Positions 11,895 to 27,565 of a DNA stretch of 33,789 nucleotides are shown here, one piece after another. Location: positions 1 to 33,789 of the forward strand of contig JASJQH010000070.1 of NCBI GenBank assembly GCA_040143965.1. Reading direction: 5' to 3'. Numbering within the stretch: the stretch's first letter is position 1; each line of letters starts with the position of its first letter. The notes beneath the pieces are model-generated. The model did not search any database. It was not told the origin of the DNA and saw nothing but the letters and a program-made list of their open reading frames with translations. This DNA comes from Basidiobolus ranarum (taxonomy: Eukaryota). The translations under genes were made by a program, and so were the position numbers.

Positions 11895-12792
11895 ATGCAC
11901 CCTTCTCGTTTTTTCAAAGTAGCTGCCATTTTGGCCACCACTTTCCTCGCGACCACCTTTGCTGAAAGTTCGGTTGAGTGCCCAGCTAAAGTAGCCGTTG
12001 TTTTAAACAAACAACAGGTATATTTAGTTATTTTTTGATTGAGTTTTCACGTAACTCCAGTTGGTTAATATGGTTTATTTTTCGGCAGACTTCCGAGTAC
12101 ATTGATTCACCACACTTCTCTCTACACAAGGTAATTATCTACCGTGTTTAACTTTATTTTCGACCCTTCCTTTTTCTGACTTGTTTATTTCATTTTAGCG
12201 TATGGTCGGTCAAGATGTAGCTCATTCCGATAACATCGAACACTTTAAGAGCAATTGTGCCGCTGAACATTTGGACTTTACCGAGGGTAAATTTTCCACC
12301 ACTTACTTTTTAAACGAGATTTTACTTACGTGAAAATTATTTATTTAGTGAACAAGTTGAAAGAAGGAACTTCATATGTCATCAGTGGAGCTGGAGGTAA
12401 TAATAACATATGCATGATATGAACCAGAAGTATTGAACTATTTACCAATGAAAATGATATTGATTTTTTTAGAAGCTCTTGATAAGGCATTAGAGCATAT
12501 TCATAATACCGTTCAAGATTATGTTGTTGTTTTAGAACATCAAGCACACTTACAAAAACGTCAAGAAGTTGTTCCCTCCCCCACTAGTACTAATAATCCA
12601 GGTCCTACCACGAATCCCGGACAAAATCAAACTCGTGCTGAGCAACTTCGTAGTAAATTTTGGACGGTTGGTCTTCTTACCGGTTTATTAACCACGGTGA
12701 TTTTGGTTCTTATCCTTTTGGTCGGTATTTGTTGGTTAGCTAGTATCGAAGGACCTACTAGATTTGAAAATGTTAAACAAAAGAGAAATTGA
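11895..12792 (+). CDS. V-ATPase accessory/assembly protein, VOA1/Ac45 (ATP6AP1/BIG1)-like
   Basis: Exons 11895-12017, 12089-12130, 12199-12286, 12349-12396 and 12473-12792 (206 aa). It has a signal peptide, a luminal region with a KR dibasic site, the C-terminal TM segment FWTVGLLTGLL...GICWLASIEGPTRFE matching the Ac45/Voa1 TM domain, and a KxKxx tail (KQKRN). Confidence 0.75.
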
Positions 12793-13053
12793 TTTTCCTA
12801 AATGAATTATTTCATTCATTTAAATTTTAGTTCTTTTGATTTATTAATATATTTCCTTTTATTTCCACTTCCACTCTCATTCCTTCGAGTCCTCTCCTCT
12901 CTTCTCTCTCCTACTCTACTCTTATCTTAGTCACCAATATAGCATTGAACCTTTTAAATACATGATTCTTTATTTTTTTTTCATTAAAACTCCGTTAAAC
13001 AATCAAGAATAATCGATGAAATATTTCCATCAATCTAATGAATTCCAAGAATT

Positions 13054-16000
13054 TTATAATAATTGATAAATCATCTCCTTATTACGATCTGTGATTAATC
13101 CTTTGATCTTTTCGAATAATTCGAGTACATTAGGATGAACCTCTTCCGAGAATACGATCGATTCTATGGTGACTAAAGATCCGGCGATTTGTTTACGATA
13201 CTACGTTCCAAGTATTAGTTAATTGTTTAAATCAACGGGGGGAGTTAGGTATTAAAGGGTCTTACCAATCTTCCTACTGCGATAAACAATCCAGCTATCC
13301 ATTTGTAAGACCAATCGTTGGTTACTTCAATTCCATTGCTATCACACTCCACAATCTTCTCTGTTAAAACCGTGACGAATTTCTGTAGGAGTGAAATGGA
13401 GAAAGAGGTAGGTGAGTGAATGATGAATTGATAATGAATGTTCTAACCATTTCCTACCTCAAATACCGCCAAGAATACTTCTTTCTGTTCACGATAAACC
13501 ACGCTTAAAGTGGATTCCAAACTACGAATGTGTTCTGGGGTGGCGTCATCTAAATGAAAGGATAACTGAATGAATGGTCTAGTCTTAGATAGATACTGGA
13601 ATTGTCAATACCTTTTTTGGCCGAGTCCACCTTGATTTGAACCAAGTCGACACGGGAGATTACCTTGTTCAAGGTATTTTGAAGAATCTCCAATTTATAA
13701 GCTCTACAAAGGAGGTTTAGTTATTGTGGAATTGTGAAATGAAGTGAGTTCTACAATTTACCTATCTGCAGTTTTACTTAAATCTCCAAATATCCATGCA
13801 ATAATGGATGTAGGATCAACAATACGATAATTGAGTAATTTATCCAACAGAATCCCCAAGAACTGATAGTGGAGGAATTTCATGGTGTTTAGTGATGATC
13901 TCGATGTTGATTTCGTAGTGGTTGTTTCATTACCTGTGTGTTATGTTTCCAACAGGATGCCACAATCTCGATAGCGGTGATTTTATCTTCTGCGGTGGCC
14001 GCGTGCTTTTGAAGAATTGCCAAGTATCTAATGACATGTATATTGTTTAGATGGAATGTATGCTTGTTTACGCAACGCATCTCTAATTCTTACCTTTCTA
14101 TCACATTTAAGGAATGACTGAAACTCTTACTACCAACCATCAAGACGCACTGCATGACAATATCGAATTTCAATGAAGTGGTAGCCTTTTCGTCGAGTTC
14201 TGCGCCATTCATAGGAACATATGCATTTAGAATCTCTTGGATATCGTCAGAGGATGCCTTGGCTCTGATCTTCTGAACTAAAGTGGATACCAAATTATTC
14301 AAGCCTTCATCTGTTATTTTCATTGATAATTCTAGTGAGTTGCAAATTCAATCATGATCAAAATAATCTCTCTTCCGTACCTGGTCCTGGTGTTTGGTAT
14401 TTAAAATCAATCCCCGGAGCAGCTGGTGGGATCATTGGTAAGAAATCTTCGGGAAGAGTTCCCTTGACGCGTTCATAATAAGACAACCTGGCCAAGGTAA
14501 TTTCAGGTTAGATCGTATCAAAATTGTCACACAGCTAAATGTCCAAGTACTTGATAAGTTTCTCAAGGCCTTCACGAATAAACACGTATTTAGGGGATGC
14601 TTTGTCTTCCTCTAACTGAGCAGACCTAAGAGATGGTGTATGGATCAGCATAAATCAAAATCAACCGAACCACGATTCTAGTAGTAAACCTACCAGTCAC
14701 TCCAGTTCCAGATAAATCCGAAATTACTCAGATGCATGGCAAACCAGTCATAAAATCTATGCACGCACTCTACATCCATGGTATTTAACCGATCGTAAAT
14801 TGTCTTGGTGGCTCTACCTAAGTAATACCGAGTCAAGGCCCTTAAACATTGGTTTCTAGTGATTGTTGAGTTCGAAAAAAAAGAACCATGTGGTATAAAA
14901 AGGATATCGAAAGTGGGAATGTATCAGGTGCGGCTTTACAAAGCTCAGCCATTAATGAAGTATAATAGACTTGCTTAAACTGGGGTTCCGGTAGTCGGAA
15001 TATGTAAGCAAAGATTTCCTAGATACCAACAGACACATCTATTGAGTCACATGGGTTAGGGTTAGATAATCGAAACATTTGAATTACCTCAATGATGGCT
15101 TCTTGGAGTCGACACTTCCAAGTTCCATCTTCTTTATCTTCCTCCATCTTATCTCCCTCTGTGGCTGCCTTCTTCTTGTCCTCCTCATCTGGCTTGGGAG
15201 GACTTTGAACAAACACATCATTGTTGAACCCATACTGGACATTCACGAGGTATTTGATACATTCTTTACGATTCACCTCATATATGTGAATAGTCTCGGA
15301 GATGATCTCATGAAGTAAATAACGGGTAATAGGATATGTGTAAGACTTTGCCAGCTACAGGGAAAGATCAAAGGTTAGTCAAATAAATGGAAAAGTATAA
15401 AGGAATAATCCTGAGCTAGTACCTCTGGATAATCTCCATCATAAAGCTGGAAGACAATGCGTGGAAGGGGATAGGTCATGGTTGGGGTTTCTTTGGGTAC
15501 TTCTAACACAGGAAGGTCATGCTAGAGGTAATGGGAATGTCAGTAATGCCAGACATCGAACAGTTGAATCCTCCAATGCATTACCTGTTGAGCTCCACCA
15601 AGGATATTTTCAAAGAAAGTGAAAGGTTGAACCAAAGTATTGATCTAAATAAACCGCGCTATGTAAGTGGCACATTTCAATACAGTAAGAATATACCATG
15701 CTACAAACCTCCCAATCCTGATCTTTGAGAGCACTGATTTGGTCCCAAAGAACAAAAAGCATCTAAGGTGAAATAAGGTAACAAATATTTAGTGGGAAAG
15801 GTAAAAAGAGGCACTAATCAAACAATAAAAGTACCTCTTTTTGCTCATAAGCAGGGTTTTCTTTATACACAGAGATAACCTCTAGGGATGAGAGGTCATA
15901 GGTTTCTTTGCGCTTCTGCATGTACTTGTCGAGAACAGACACAATTCTCATGAAATCGTGAGGATTACGATCACAGATACCGCGAGCAACCTTTGTCAAT

Positions 16001-17036
16001 TTAAATGATACGTTAGCAATTGCCTGAATAAAATAGTATTACACTCGTAGACACATACCCAAGGGAGAGAGGACATCACAATCCACACGTAGCAATCTGC
16101 GCGATCCTAGAGGCAAAATTGCTTACTATATTATCAAGATACGATGGAAGATTTACGAGTAGTCGAAACAAAAGTTACCTGCTTAATGGGACTCTCACTC
16201 AAAACGCTTAACAAGTTATCGTACAGAATGATCAGTGTGGTTGGCAAGATAACATTTGCGTTAACCAATTCACCGAAGAATCGAACCTTTGAAGGTAATA
16301 AAAATGAATGTGAGTATATTTAATTCAAGTATCTACCTGTAGATGAGATAATTACTGTTAATTTGGCTTTAAGCCACTCTCCTTGCTCTAAATATTTGGT
16401 AAGATGTTCAAAGCATGTCTTTACGATAGAACTTCCAATATCGTAATTCTTGGCGTTGAGTAGACCTGAAAGTGCACCATAAATGGCATTCTTCATAGGA
16501 AGCTCGGTGACACTTCATTTTAACAGCAGTTTAAAATTAGTAGTCTTACGTGTATAGATATGTAATTTCTAGCCTACCAAGACATGATTGTCGTCAAGAT
16601 TCCCTCCGAGTGTTTCGAAAAATCTCTCTCTAAAATCCCAGTCAAGGCCTCAAGATTCGCTTGGAGTGTATTGGTAGCCTAGTAAGCATAAATTTAGATC
16701 TATATATTACTAGAGGTGAATGCCTTAAAGAAAACTTACCTTATCTCCGACGCGAACAATCAGGGATCCTAAACGTTTCTCAATGTCTTCTACCTCATCG
16801 AGTCTGGAAGAAGGTGGTGGGCCTCTATTTCTCTTTCGATCGTGATAATCACCTAGTTAAAACGCGAGTGATCACCTTTAGTATCTCGTCTGACTCTAAT
16901 CTATTCTTAACTTGATATACTTTACCCCCTCTAGGCCGTCTACCATGTCCTATTATTATTATTATATTAAGTAAGTTTGAAAGGAAAGGAAAGGAAGGGA
17001 AATACTGGAAAGTAACCTACCTCCTCTATGTTCCAT
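13054..17036 (-). CDS. NCBP1: Nuclear cap-binding protein subunit 1 (CBP80), about 20 exons
   Basis: ATG at 17036. The spliced product contains RLGSLIVRVGDK, CVTELPMK, VRFFGELVNANVI, YYTSLMAELCK, LSYYERVK and VGSKSFSHSLNVIER, with the TAA at 13054-13056. All introns are GT-AG except one AT-AC intron (14822-14907). Confidence 0.92.
14822..14907 (-). other. U12-type (minor spliceosome) AT-AC intron in CBP80
   Basis: 5' end ATATCCTTTT, branch-like GGCCTTGAC with its A about 11 nt from the 3' end, and 3' end TATTAC. Removing it joins PDTFPLS to LGRATKTIYDRL in frame. Confidence 0.9.
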
Positions 17037-17678
17037 TTGTGATAATAAGAAAGCCAAGTAACCTTTTCGAATAGGAACTAGCTAATGTCAAGTAGCTAGG
17101 TATTTTGGACTTATTCCGACGAATCATCCTTGAATTTACATGATTTGTAAGTGATTGCTCCCTAGGATCCCAAGAATACGTGAAAAAATTCCATCTGAAT
17201 AATTTTCAAGTAATTTCCAATCAATCCACTATGTCAAGTAACATGTAGGAAAGTCATCATAGTAGCAGTAAAGACCACACATAGCACATAACATATAGCA
17301 TTTATGAGTGATGATTTCTGAGTGATGATTATTATTAATCAGAGTTGAATAGTCATTCGTTTAAAGTATTGTCTACTTCCATCACTCACTGGATCTTATT
17401 AAGCTTTAGAAGTCAGATCTATGTTTAGTCTTCTTGATATATTAAAATCATTGAGTTGAGAGGTAATCAAGTGTGAATAATAAGTCTGCTTTTCTAGTAT
17501 TGGGAAGCTTTTCATCTAACTTTATACAAATACGGTGGTTGCTTTGAGTTCTAACCTAACTTCTCTGTTTATTGTTGTTTACCTACACACATACACACAC
17601 CCACATCCACACCTATACCTACACACTGACACGCACATTTATACAGTATTATATAATTAATATATAAAATAAGCTCCG

Positions 17679-20600
17679 ATGGCTTATTTAAAACGCGGTG
17701 ACCAGTCTTCGTGGGTAAATGACGCGTCTTTGGAGGCCAACGAAGAGATATCCCCAGAACATCTGATAAAATTTTATGGACTTTCCAATTCGGCCACCAA
17801 ACCCTACTGTCCGAATAAATATTCCCCACGAGTCACAGTGGACAAGAAAACTCGGTGTATTATTTCACGTTGTAAGGAGCTTCCGAATTGTTTGAACCAT
17901 CTAGGTCAAGAATTTTGGGAAAGAGAGGGTGGGTGTCGGGTAAAATGGCAGGGATGTTTAGAAATTTTATGAGATGATAAAGGTTTTGCTAACCGAAGTT
18001 ATTTTCTCTTCTTTTTTTTCGTGGGTGGTTTCTTTTATGAAATAAGACTCTTTTGAACAGTATTGTCAAGTAAAAGAATTGTCTATTAAGCATACGGAGG
18101 TGCGTAATCGCTTGGAAGGAAAGCCTGTTGGTTTGAAGGTATTTCTCTTTTGCATATGTCCTAGTATTTTACAATACCACACTTATCCTTTTCACCTGTT
18201 AGAATCTAGGGGCCACATGTTACGTAAACTCTTTGTTACAGGTAGGTGATAGGATGTTTGGTGAATTTTGCTGTATATTGACATGCAAACCATAACAGGT
18301 CTGGTTTCACAACCTAAATATCAGAAGAGGAATCTACGAGTTTCAACATAGTGAAGTGAAGGTAATCACTAGATTGAACTCCACGTGTGCCATTATTACT
18401 AAGCAACATTTCTATGATGTGAAGAACCCTATATGCTATCAACTTCAAAGGGCCTTTGCCTTCTTAGAATACGGAAATCAAGATACATACGACCCCGTTC
18501 AATTCGTAGAATCACTTGAGTTGGATGCTGACGAGGAACAAGACGTCCAAGAGTATGTGATGGTGTGAATTAAGTAAAGAAAGAGATATTCGTTAACATG
18601 AAGTGATTTCAGATTTTGTAAACTTTTCACTTCACTTCTCAACAGTGTATTTGAAACACAGGAAAGAGAAAACCTCAGGAACCTATTCAAAGATCAGGTA
18701 TTTATCTCAGTAAAGGGCCTTCAATCCATCCAGTGTATTCATGAATTTACCTCAGTTTGAAGGAGAATATGAGTACGGAACCAAATGCTCCAAGTGCAAA
18801 AACATCTCTCAGCGTAGGGAAACCTTCCACGAACTAGAGCTAAACATTAAGGTTCCTTCTAAAAAGTGATTGCATTCATTCTTTCAGCTAATCCATTCTT
18901 TATAGGATAATTCCTCGTTAGAACAGTGCATTGAACGTTTCTTGAAACCAGAGATGATGAGAGGGGATGATCAGTACGTTTCCGTTTTCACTTCTATTTT
19001 CACCCCCCCCTTTTATTCCAATTCATTTTGAGTGTTTACTTGATGTTCGAATATCAGGTACTTTTGTTCCGAATGTGACTCGAAACAAAATGCAACTAGA
19101 ACCACCAGAATTAGTGGATTACCAAACGTAAGTTACTATCCATATGGACAAGAGTATCCGTCGGGTTCTGTTTAAATTCCCCTTTGTGTATCCTTGTAGG
19201 TTTTAAACGTTCAATTGATGCGGTTCGTTTATGACGTTAAGACTTTGACCAAGAAGAAGAACAATGCCCGAATAAGGTTCCCAAGAACTTTGGACGCTCG
19301 TATGCTACTGAATTCATTACAAAAGAAAAGAAAGCCTGCTTCGACAGAGGAAAGTAAAAAGACCTCGCTGGAGCAAAAACGAAAGAGAGGTAATGACGAA
19401 GAGTTAGTGGATGGCAAGTCGGATCGACAAAAAGTCCCACTCAAACCTACCAGAAAGAGTGCAAAAGATGAGAACAATAAACCAGTGACGGAGGTCGAGG
19501 AATTCATAAATGTAACTGACATCGAGGATGCTCTCAGTAGTCATACTTCATCTACTATTGGTGAAAATATTATTGATGTTACGACTCTTGACGAAGATGT
19601 AACTCGTAGCGGTCAATCAGATTCACAAAGCACTTGTACTACTCCCAACAGGCGAGGTAGAAGCAAAGCAAAGAGTTCTTCCAATAATAGCATGGAATCT
19701 GAGGACTCGAAATCATCACCAACTGGTAAGCGTGAATCTATTCGAGTTCAAAAGCAAATCGCAAAGTCCCTCAAAAAATCCGATCAAGACATTGATGTGG
19801 GAGTAGAATCTCATATTAATGATGAGCAACTCACCTCGGAACCTGCCCACGTGACCCCGAAACGACGGAGGCGTAAGAGTACACAAAATCTAGCAAATCA
19901 TATGGAGATTGATCAAGTAGACGCCAAACCAGAACAAGATCAGAGTTTTAAAGAAGAGAGACCCTCCTCTTCTGAGTCTACCGACATATCTAGTCAATGT
20001 CAAGCAAAGAAAAGACCTCGGAAACAACAGAAGATCAACGATACGGAAGCTGAGCTAGTCGCTGATATAAAGACAGAATCCGTGGAGGAAAACGAGGAAG
20101 ATTGCGTTTATGACTTGACAGCCGTACTTACTCATGAAGGACCAAGTGCGTATTCGGGACACTATGCGGCATATGTCTTCGATACTGGTAAACAATGTTG
20201 GTTCAAGTTCGATGATGAAAAGGTGACCAATGAAGGACCTACACTCAATCTTCAAATCCCCACCGAGAGTAAGCCAAGAAAGAAAAAAACTGCAAGTTCA
20301 GAGACGGCTGCAACTGACGAAATGGACGTGGATCAAGCAGAAAGTGAGAGAAATCATTGCTCCTCACGTGACGCATACATGCTCATTTATACCAAGCGAA
20401 TGATGGAGCAGCCACAGGTTGTTCGGCCGATGGAGATAATTATGAAAGAGGTGGAGCAGGCCAATCACCTGGCACACCAAGAGGCTCATGCACAGAACAA
20501 ATCCCTCCTCTCAGCCAAAGAGGAGTTTGACCGCGAGAGGGAGAGTAGACGGGTCATCTACTCGAAATGGAATGTTGTTGAGGAGAACGAATATTCTTAC

Positions 20601-22103
20601 TTCTTTCCAAGATCACTGTTACAGGATTGGGTCAGAGGTGTCTTCAAACAATCGGAAGGGTCCAGTCCGGAATCATCTGCGCACACGGCCCTAGATCTCA
20701 GCTGTGATCATGGTAATCTCGACCCATATCAAATGAAATTGGTCAAAAGAGTGAACAAGGTAAGTTGATTCCATTGCTCTTCATTCGTTCACATGAGTAA
20801 CCCAAGTACTTAGGTTTGTAGTGAGCTTCTCACACAACAACACCCTGAATGGAAGCAGGTATTCAACTCGGATCAATTGTGTCGGGAGTGTGCTCTCGAA
20901 TTCCTCAAAGAAAAGCGATATCAGGCTCAGCACGCTAAAGACATTCAAGAGTTTGAAAAAGCTATGAAGACCAAATCCGAGGAGCAATACCTGATCTCCA
21001 AATCATGGGTAAAAGAATGGTGTAAGAAGACTCCAGGGTTCGATTGGGAGGATATTTCTAGTGATCCATATCCAGAGCACGAATTGTACGGTCTGGATGT
21101 GAGATGCACCCATGGCGGTGTCTCCTTGGATCTTTCCAACTCCAAGCAAATCACCCAGAAGGCCATGGAGTTCTTAGTGAGACTGTTCCCCAACTATCAG
21201 CCACCAAGTGAGTCTACAGCGCAATGTGAGCAGTGCGTCAAGGAGCATGCGAATGGCAAACAACCTTCCGTGGAGATGCTGAAGAAAGCTGAGGATGAGA
21301 GAAATCAATGCAAGCATCTTGTCACACAAAGTCGAAAGGATCTAACGATTCTCTCTGATTCCACTTACTTCATCATCGACAACACCTTCATTCAAGAATG
21401 GAGAAGCTTCGTTCGGAACCCCGAAAGTAAACCACCCCCGGAGAAGTTCAATAACAGCTTTCTCTTCTGTAAACATGATAAACTTCATTATGACTTTTCG
21501 GACCCAATTGATCAGATCGTGTTGAACAAGATCTCCTTCGTTACGGAGCTCGAATGGCGCATATTCAAGTCAAATTACCTCGGTGGCCCTGAAGTCCAAT
21601 TCCAAAAACCTATGGTCGAGGATCAGTTGATATATGAAACCGTACCTGATGTATGCCCCGAATGCTTGGTAAGTAGACGGCTCGACTTTCAAGAGGCTAC
21701 AGTTCATATCTGTCGAAAGGAAGAAAATAATCACTTGGAATCCTCGGATGAAGGGGGGAAGAAGAAGGCGATCAACTCGGTTCGTGGAACTCGTACTCGA
21801 GCCTCTCAAAGGTCCAAATCCAACATTCGAACTCGAATCACGGTCAGAAAAGCGGATACAGTCAAGGATATTAAAGTGAAGATCATGGATAAACTCAACA
21901 TCAGTCCACTATATCAACGTTTGTATTTCCTGGATCAAGAACTTCTGGATAACGATGTTAGTGTTCGTGAACTTGGAGTACTACCCAATAGTCAAATCTA
22001 TCTCACCGAGATTGAGCCTATTGATGACGAAGAGGAATCTTGGGAAGATCAAATATCTAAAGGGGAAGAAACCGGGTTTAAAGGGACCAGCTTATTGGCT
22101 TGA
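17679..22103 (+). CDS. USP48: Ubiquitin-specific protease USP48-like (catalytic domain, DUSP repeats, C-terminal UBL)
   Basis: N-terminal PNCLNHLG, Cys box GLK|NLGATCYVNSLLQ (Cys codon 18218-18220), EQDVQE, LMRFVYD, His box YDLTAVLTHEGPSAYSGHY and WFKFDDEKV. C-terminal features are the CxHG DUSP-type segments, a ubiquitin-like domain and the ETGFKGTSL end. Multiple GT-AG introns. Confidence 0.88.
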
Positions 22104-22436
22104 GTGGGAATCTTCGAATAGAGATATTATAGTTTACTCGTGTTTATTCATGTTTAAATAAAATGTGGTTGAAATAAAAATAAAGATTGCAAAGTAGGGA
22201 ATGGTGGTGGATTTCTGTCTGGGAATTTACTAAGTTAAATACTAGTGTGCGTGATAAGGTCTATGTGGTAAACTCTGAAGGATATTGTGCATTTGCTAAC
22301 TTGAGTTTCTCTCTTCCCTTGCTTGTATGCTGCTACTACTACTTGATCGTATGTTATGAAATGAACTTGAAAAGAAAATTTGCTTCTATCTAATTGGACT
22401 AGCATGTAATGATATTCACAGACAAGAGTTGCTTGT

Positions 22437-23842
22437 CTAGCTTCTTACTCCAAGGGGATTTTTAGAGTAACTTAGGCGTATTCCACCTTTAACAGAATTG
22501 CTCAGAAGATGCCCCTGAAGCTCATGAAGAGTGTACGACGCAAACTGGATGTCGTCAAACTCTACAAAACACATTGGTCCAGCATGAGGTTTCATACGAA
22601 AGCAAAGTCTTTTATATCCGGGCTGAGTCGAGAAAAGTTGACGTAATTCTTCCTCCATAGTATTCATGGGTAAATTGCCGACATAGAGTGTGTTGCAAGG
22701 AGGGTTTTGATCTCCAGAGTTGACCCTGAGCGTAGGTGGCATACATGATGAAATGGAAGTGGGTGAGGGTGAGGGTAATGAAGTTGAGATAGTAGCTTCG
22801 GCTCCTGTGCCCAAGTTGAATGGTGAAAAATCCGAGGTTGGTGAAAGGTTTGTATTACCTCCAAACAAAGTACTATGTTGACCAAGTGAGGTTGAGATGG
22901 AAAATTTGGGAAAGGAGAAAGAATTGTCGATTCCATCAAAGGTCGCAGGAGCTGTCATGGAGCGACTAGGATTGTATCCAACAACTCGCGATGCGGTCGC
23001 TCCTAACATACTCGATATGTTGATATCTTCCTGCATCTCTAGTAACTCGTCGTCATGAGGAGGTGAAGAGGATACAAGGCTAGAGGTTTCATAATCCATG
23101 TTGAATTCGTGAATTGGGGGCTGAGGAGAGGCAAGTAGACCACTTGGAAGAATAGGGCCGCCAGGAAACAAACTATCATATGCTGCGTTGAGAGCCGAAT
23201 TTCCTGGAAATTTCTTCTTACCAAGGCTGAACGCACCATTTGGAGTCAACGCTTGTACGAGATTCATACTGGAATTCATAAATGCTCCTTCAGTAAGCAA
23301 CCCTCTCTTAATCAACAAGTTCTTTTTAGCCATCTCAGCCTTTAATAGACAACAGCGTTCAGTGTCGACCTTCTTGCCGCTCAGAATATCCCGTGCTTGA
23401 AGAGCTTCAAGTCTAGAGCGGAATTTCGCAAATCCGATCTGATATACAAATAAGAATTGATTAGTAAAAGTTTACGAAGGAGCGGTTATTATTAAAGCTT
23501 ACCGTTTGTTTACGGGTACCATCCTCAGTTTCATGGGTTTGAGAGACTTTAAGAGTGGCTGCTTCAAAACCAGGTGAAAAAACGAACATATTTTGGAACT
23601 CTCTCTCTAGCATATCCTCAGGGAAACCGATCACAAAAATTGTGGTAATCTCTTCACTTTGATTCATTTGTTGAGAATTAGAATTGAAAGTAGTGTAGGC
23701 GGGCGGGCGGATAGACGGTCTTTGTAAATGTGACTGCTGTAATTGAAATGATCCAAGCAACGATTCACTCAAGGAGGGTGGGATATGATGAGATACGATG
23801 GAATGGGATATGTTGTGATTTAAAGAAAAGGGAGGGTTCCCC
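22437..23842 (-). CDS. Whi3/Scw1-like two-RRM RNA-binding protein (5' end uncertain)
   Basis: The N-terminal [25 protein letters not shown] splices to IGFAKF. The C-terminal RRM reads [12 protein letters not shown]...GYKRLCFR...GPMCFVEF...[15 protein letters not shown]. The frame extends to an acceptor at 23842, and the first in-frame ATG in that exon is at 23667. No upstream coding exon was resolved. Confidence 0.82.
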
Positions 23843-24902
23843 TATATATAAGAAACTAATGGTGACATGGAGGGAAACCCGACCTCATGGTTTCAACAAG
23901 TAATTACAACAAATGGAAAAAGGAGTACAAAAATACGGTAATTGTAATTGTAATGCTTAAAATAAAAATCACCCAAATTGAAGCTACATGAGCTACACGG
24001 GTATAGGTACGGGGTGAAGTGAGTAAAACCAATTGTTGAAGGTAAGTACATCGAAAGTCAGTCGCGTGACGTTTTGTACCTTGGTTGCATATATCCATGA
24101 ATTCACATATCACGTGGGACACGAGAGAAACAGAGAGATATGGGGATACTGTAGAGGATGTTAGGGCGCAGGAAATATCAACAAAGCAAAGCATATGTGT
24201 ATTGGGGAAATGAGGGGTGGAGTGGGGGATGAGGGGTGAGCAGAAGTTTGAATGCACATGTATCCTTGAAAAGCCCATTAAGCACTTCGGCGATTTTTAC
24301 CTGCTGCAACAATGCATACATCCAAAATACAACTTCAACTCACTCTCGAATGAGCCTATCTAGATCGATTACTGTATATATAAGTTAGCTCGTCACTGCA
24401 AAGCCCTGGAAGCCAGTAAAAATTCATGTGAGCCATTCATCTTATTCCCTAGTGTATGGAGTTAAATAAAGGCCGGTTTTAGGAACTCAGTTCCAGAAAA
24501 TAGCATATAGCCAACTTATTTTTATAATCACTGTATATTATCCATGCTTACATCATATGGTTTATTAATGGCTCCGCTTAGTACGGATGCAATTGGTCGG
24601 CACTAGGACTAGTAGTTGATCTAAGGATGGAATGATCAAACGCTAGATTAATAGTTTCACACTTGATTATATTGTTTCGACTCACTAACAAATATGCTGA
24701 TTGTATTTTATTGTATCTTCTGTTTACATTCGCCACTGTGATTACCAGTAAGTATGAGAATCAATAGGCAGAAAATTATGGTTTAAAGAAACTGGGAAAT
24801 AAAGAAATTATTCAACAGCAGATAATACATAAAGAAGGGAGGGAAAAGTCAATGTGTGAGCAAACTAGATTAAGCCCCGTGAGCAACTACTGTCTGTATG
24901 GC

Positions 24903-27565
<2,663 letters not shown>

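Noticed and set aside
15053-15066. GGGTTAGGGTTAG as interstitial telomere
   Set aside because: Only two units, inside a CBP80 intron, where the minus-strand CTAAC is simply branch-site-like.
17304-17332. TGATGA and CTGA boxes as a C/D snoRNA
   Set aside because: The boxes are only a few bases apart within a short local repeat in the CBP80/USP48 divergent intergenic region, with no guide or terminal stem evident.
18852-18905. USP48 intron starting GTTCCTT as a second U12 intron
   Set aside because: It lacks the +3 A of GTATCCT and has a U2-type GCTAAT branch site with a pyrimidine tract.
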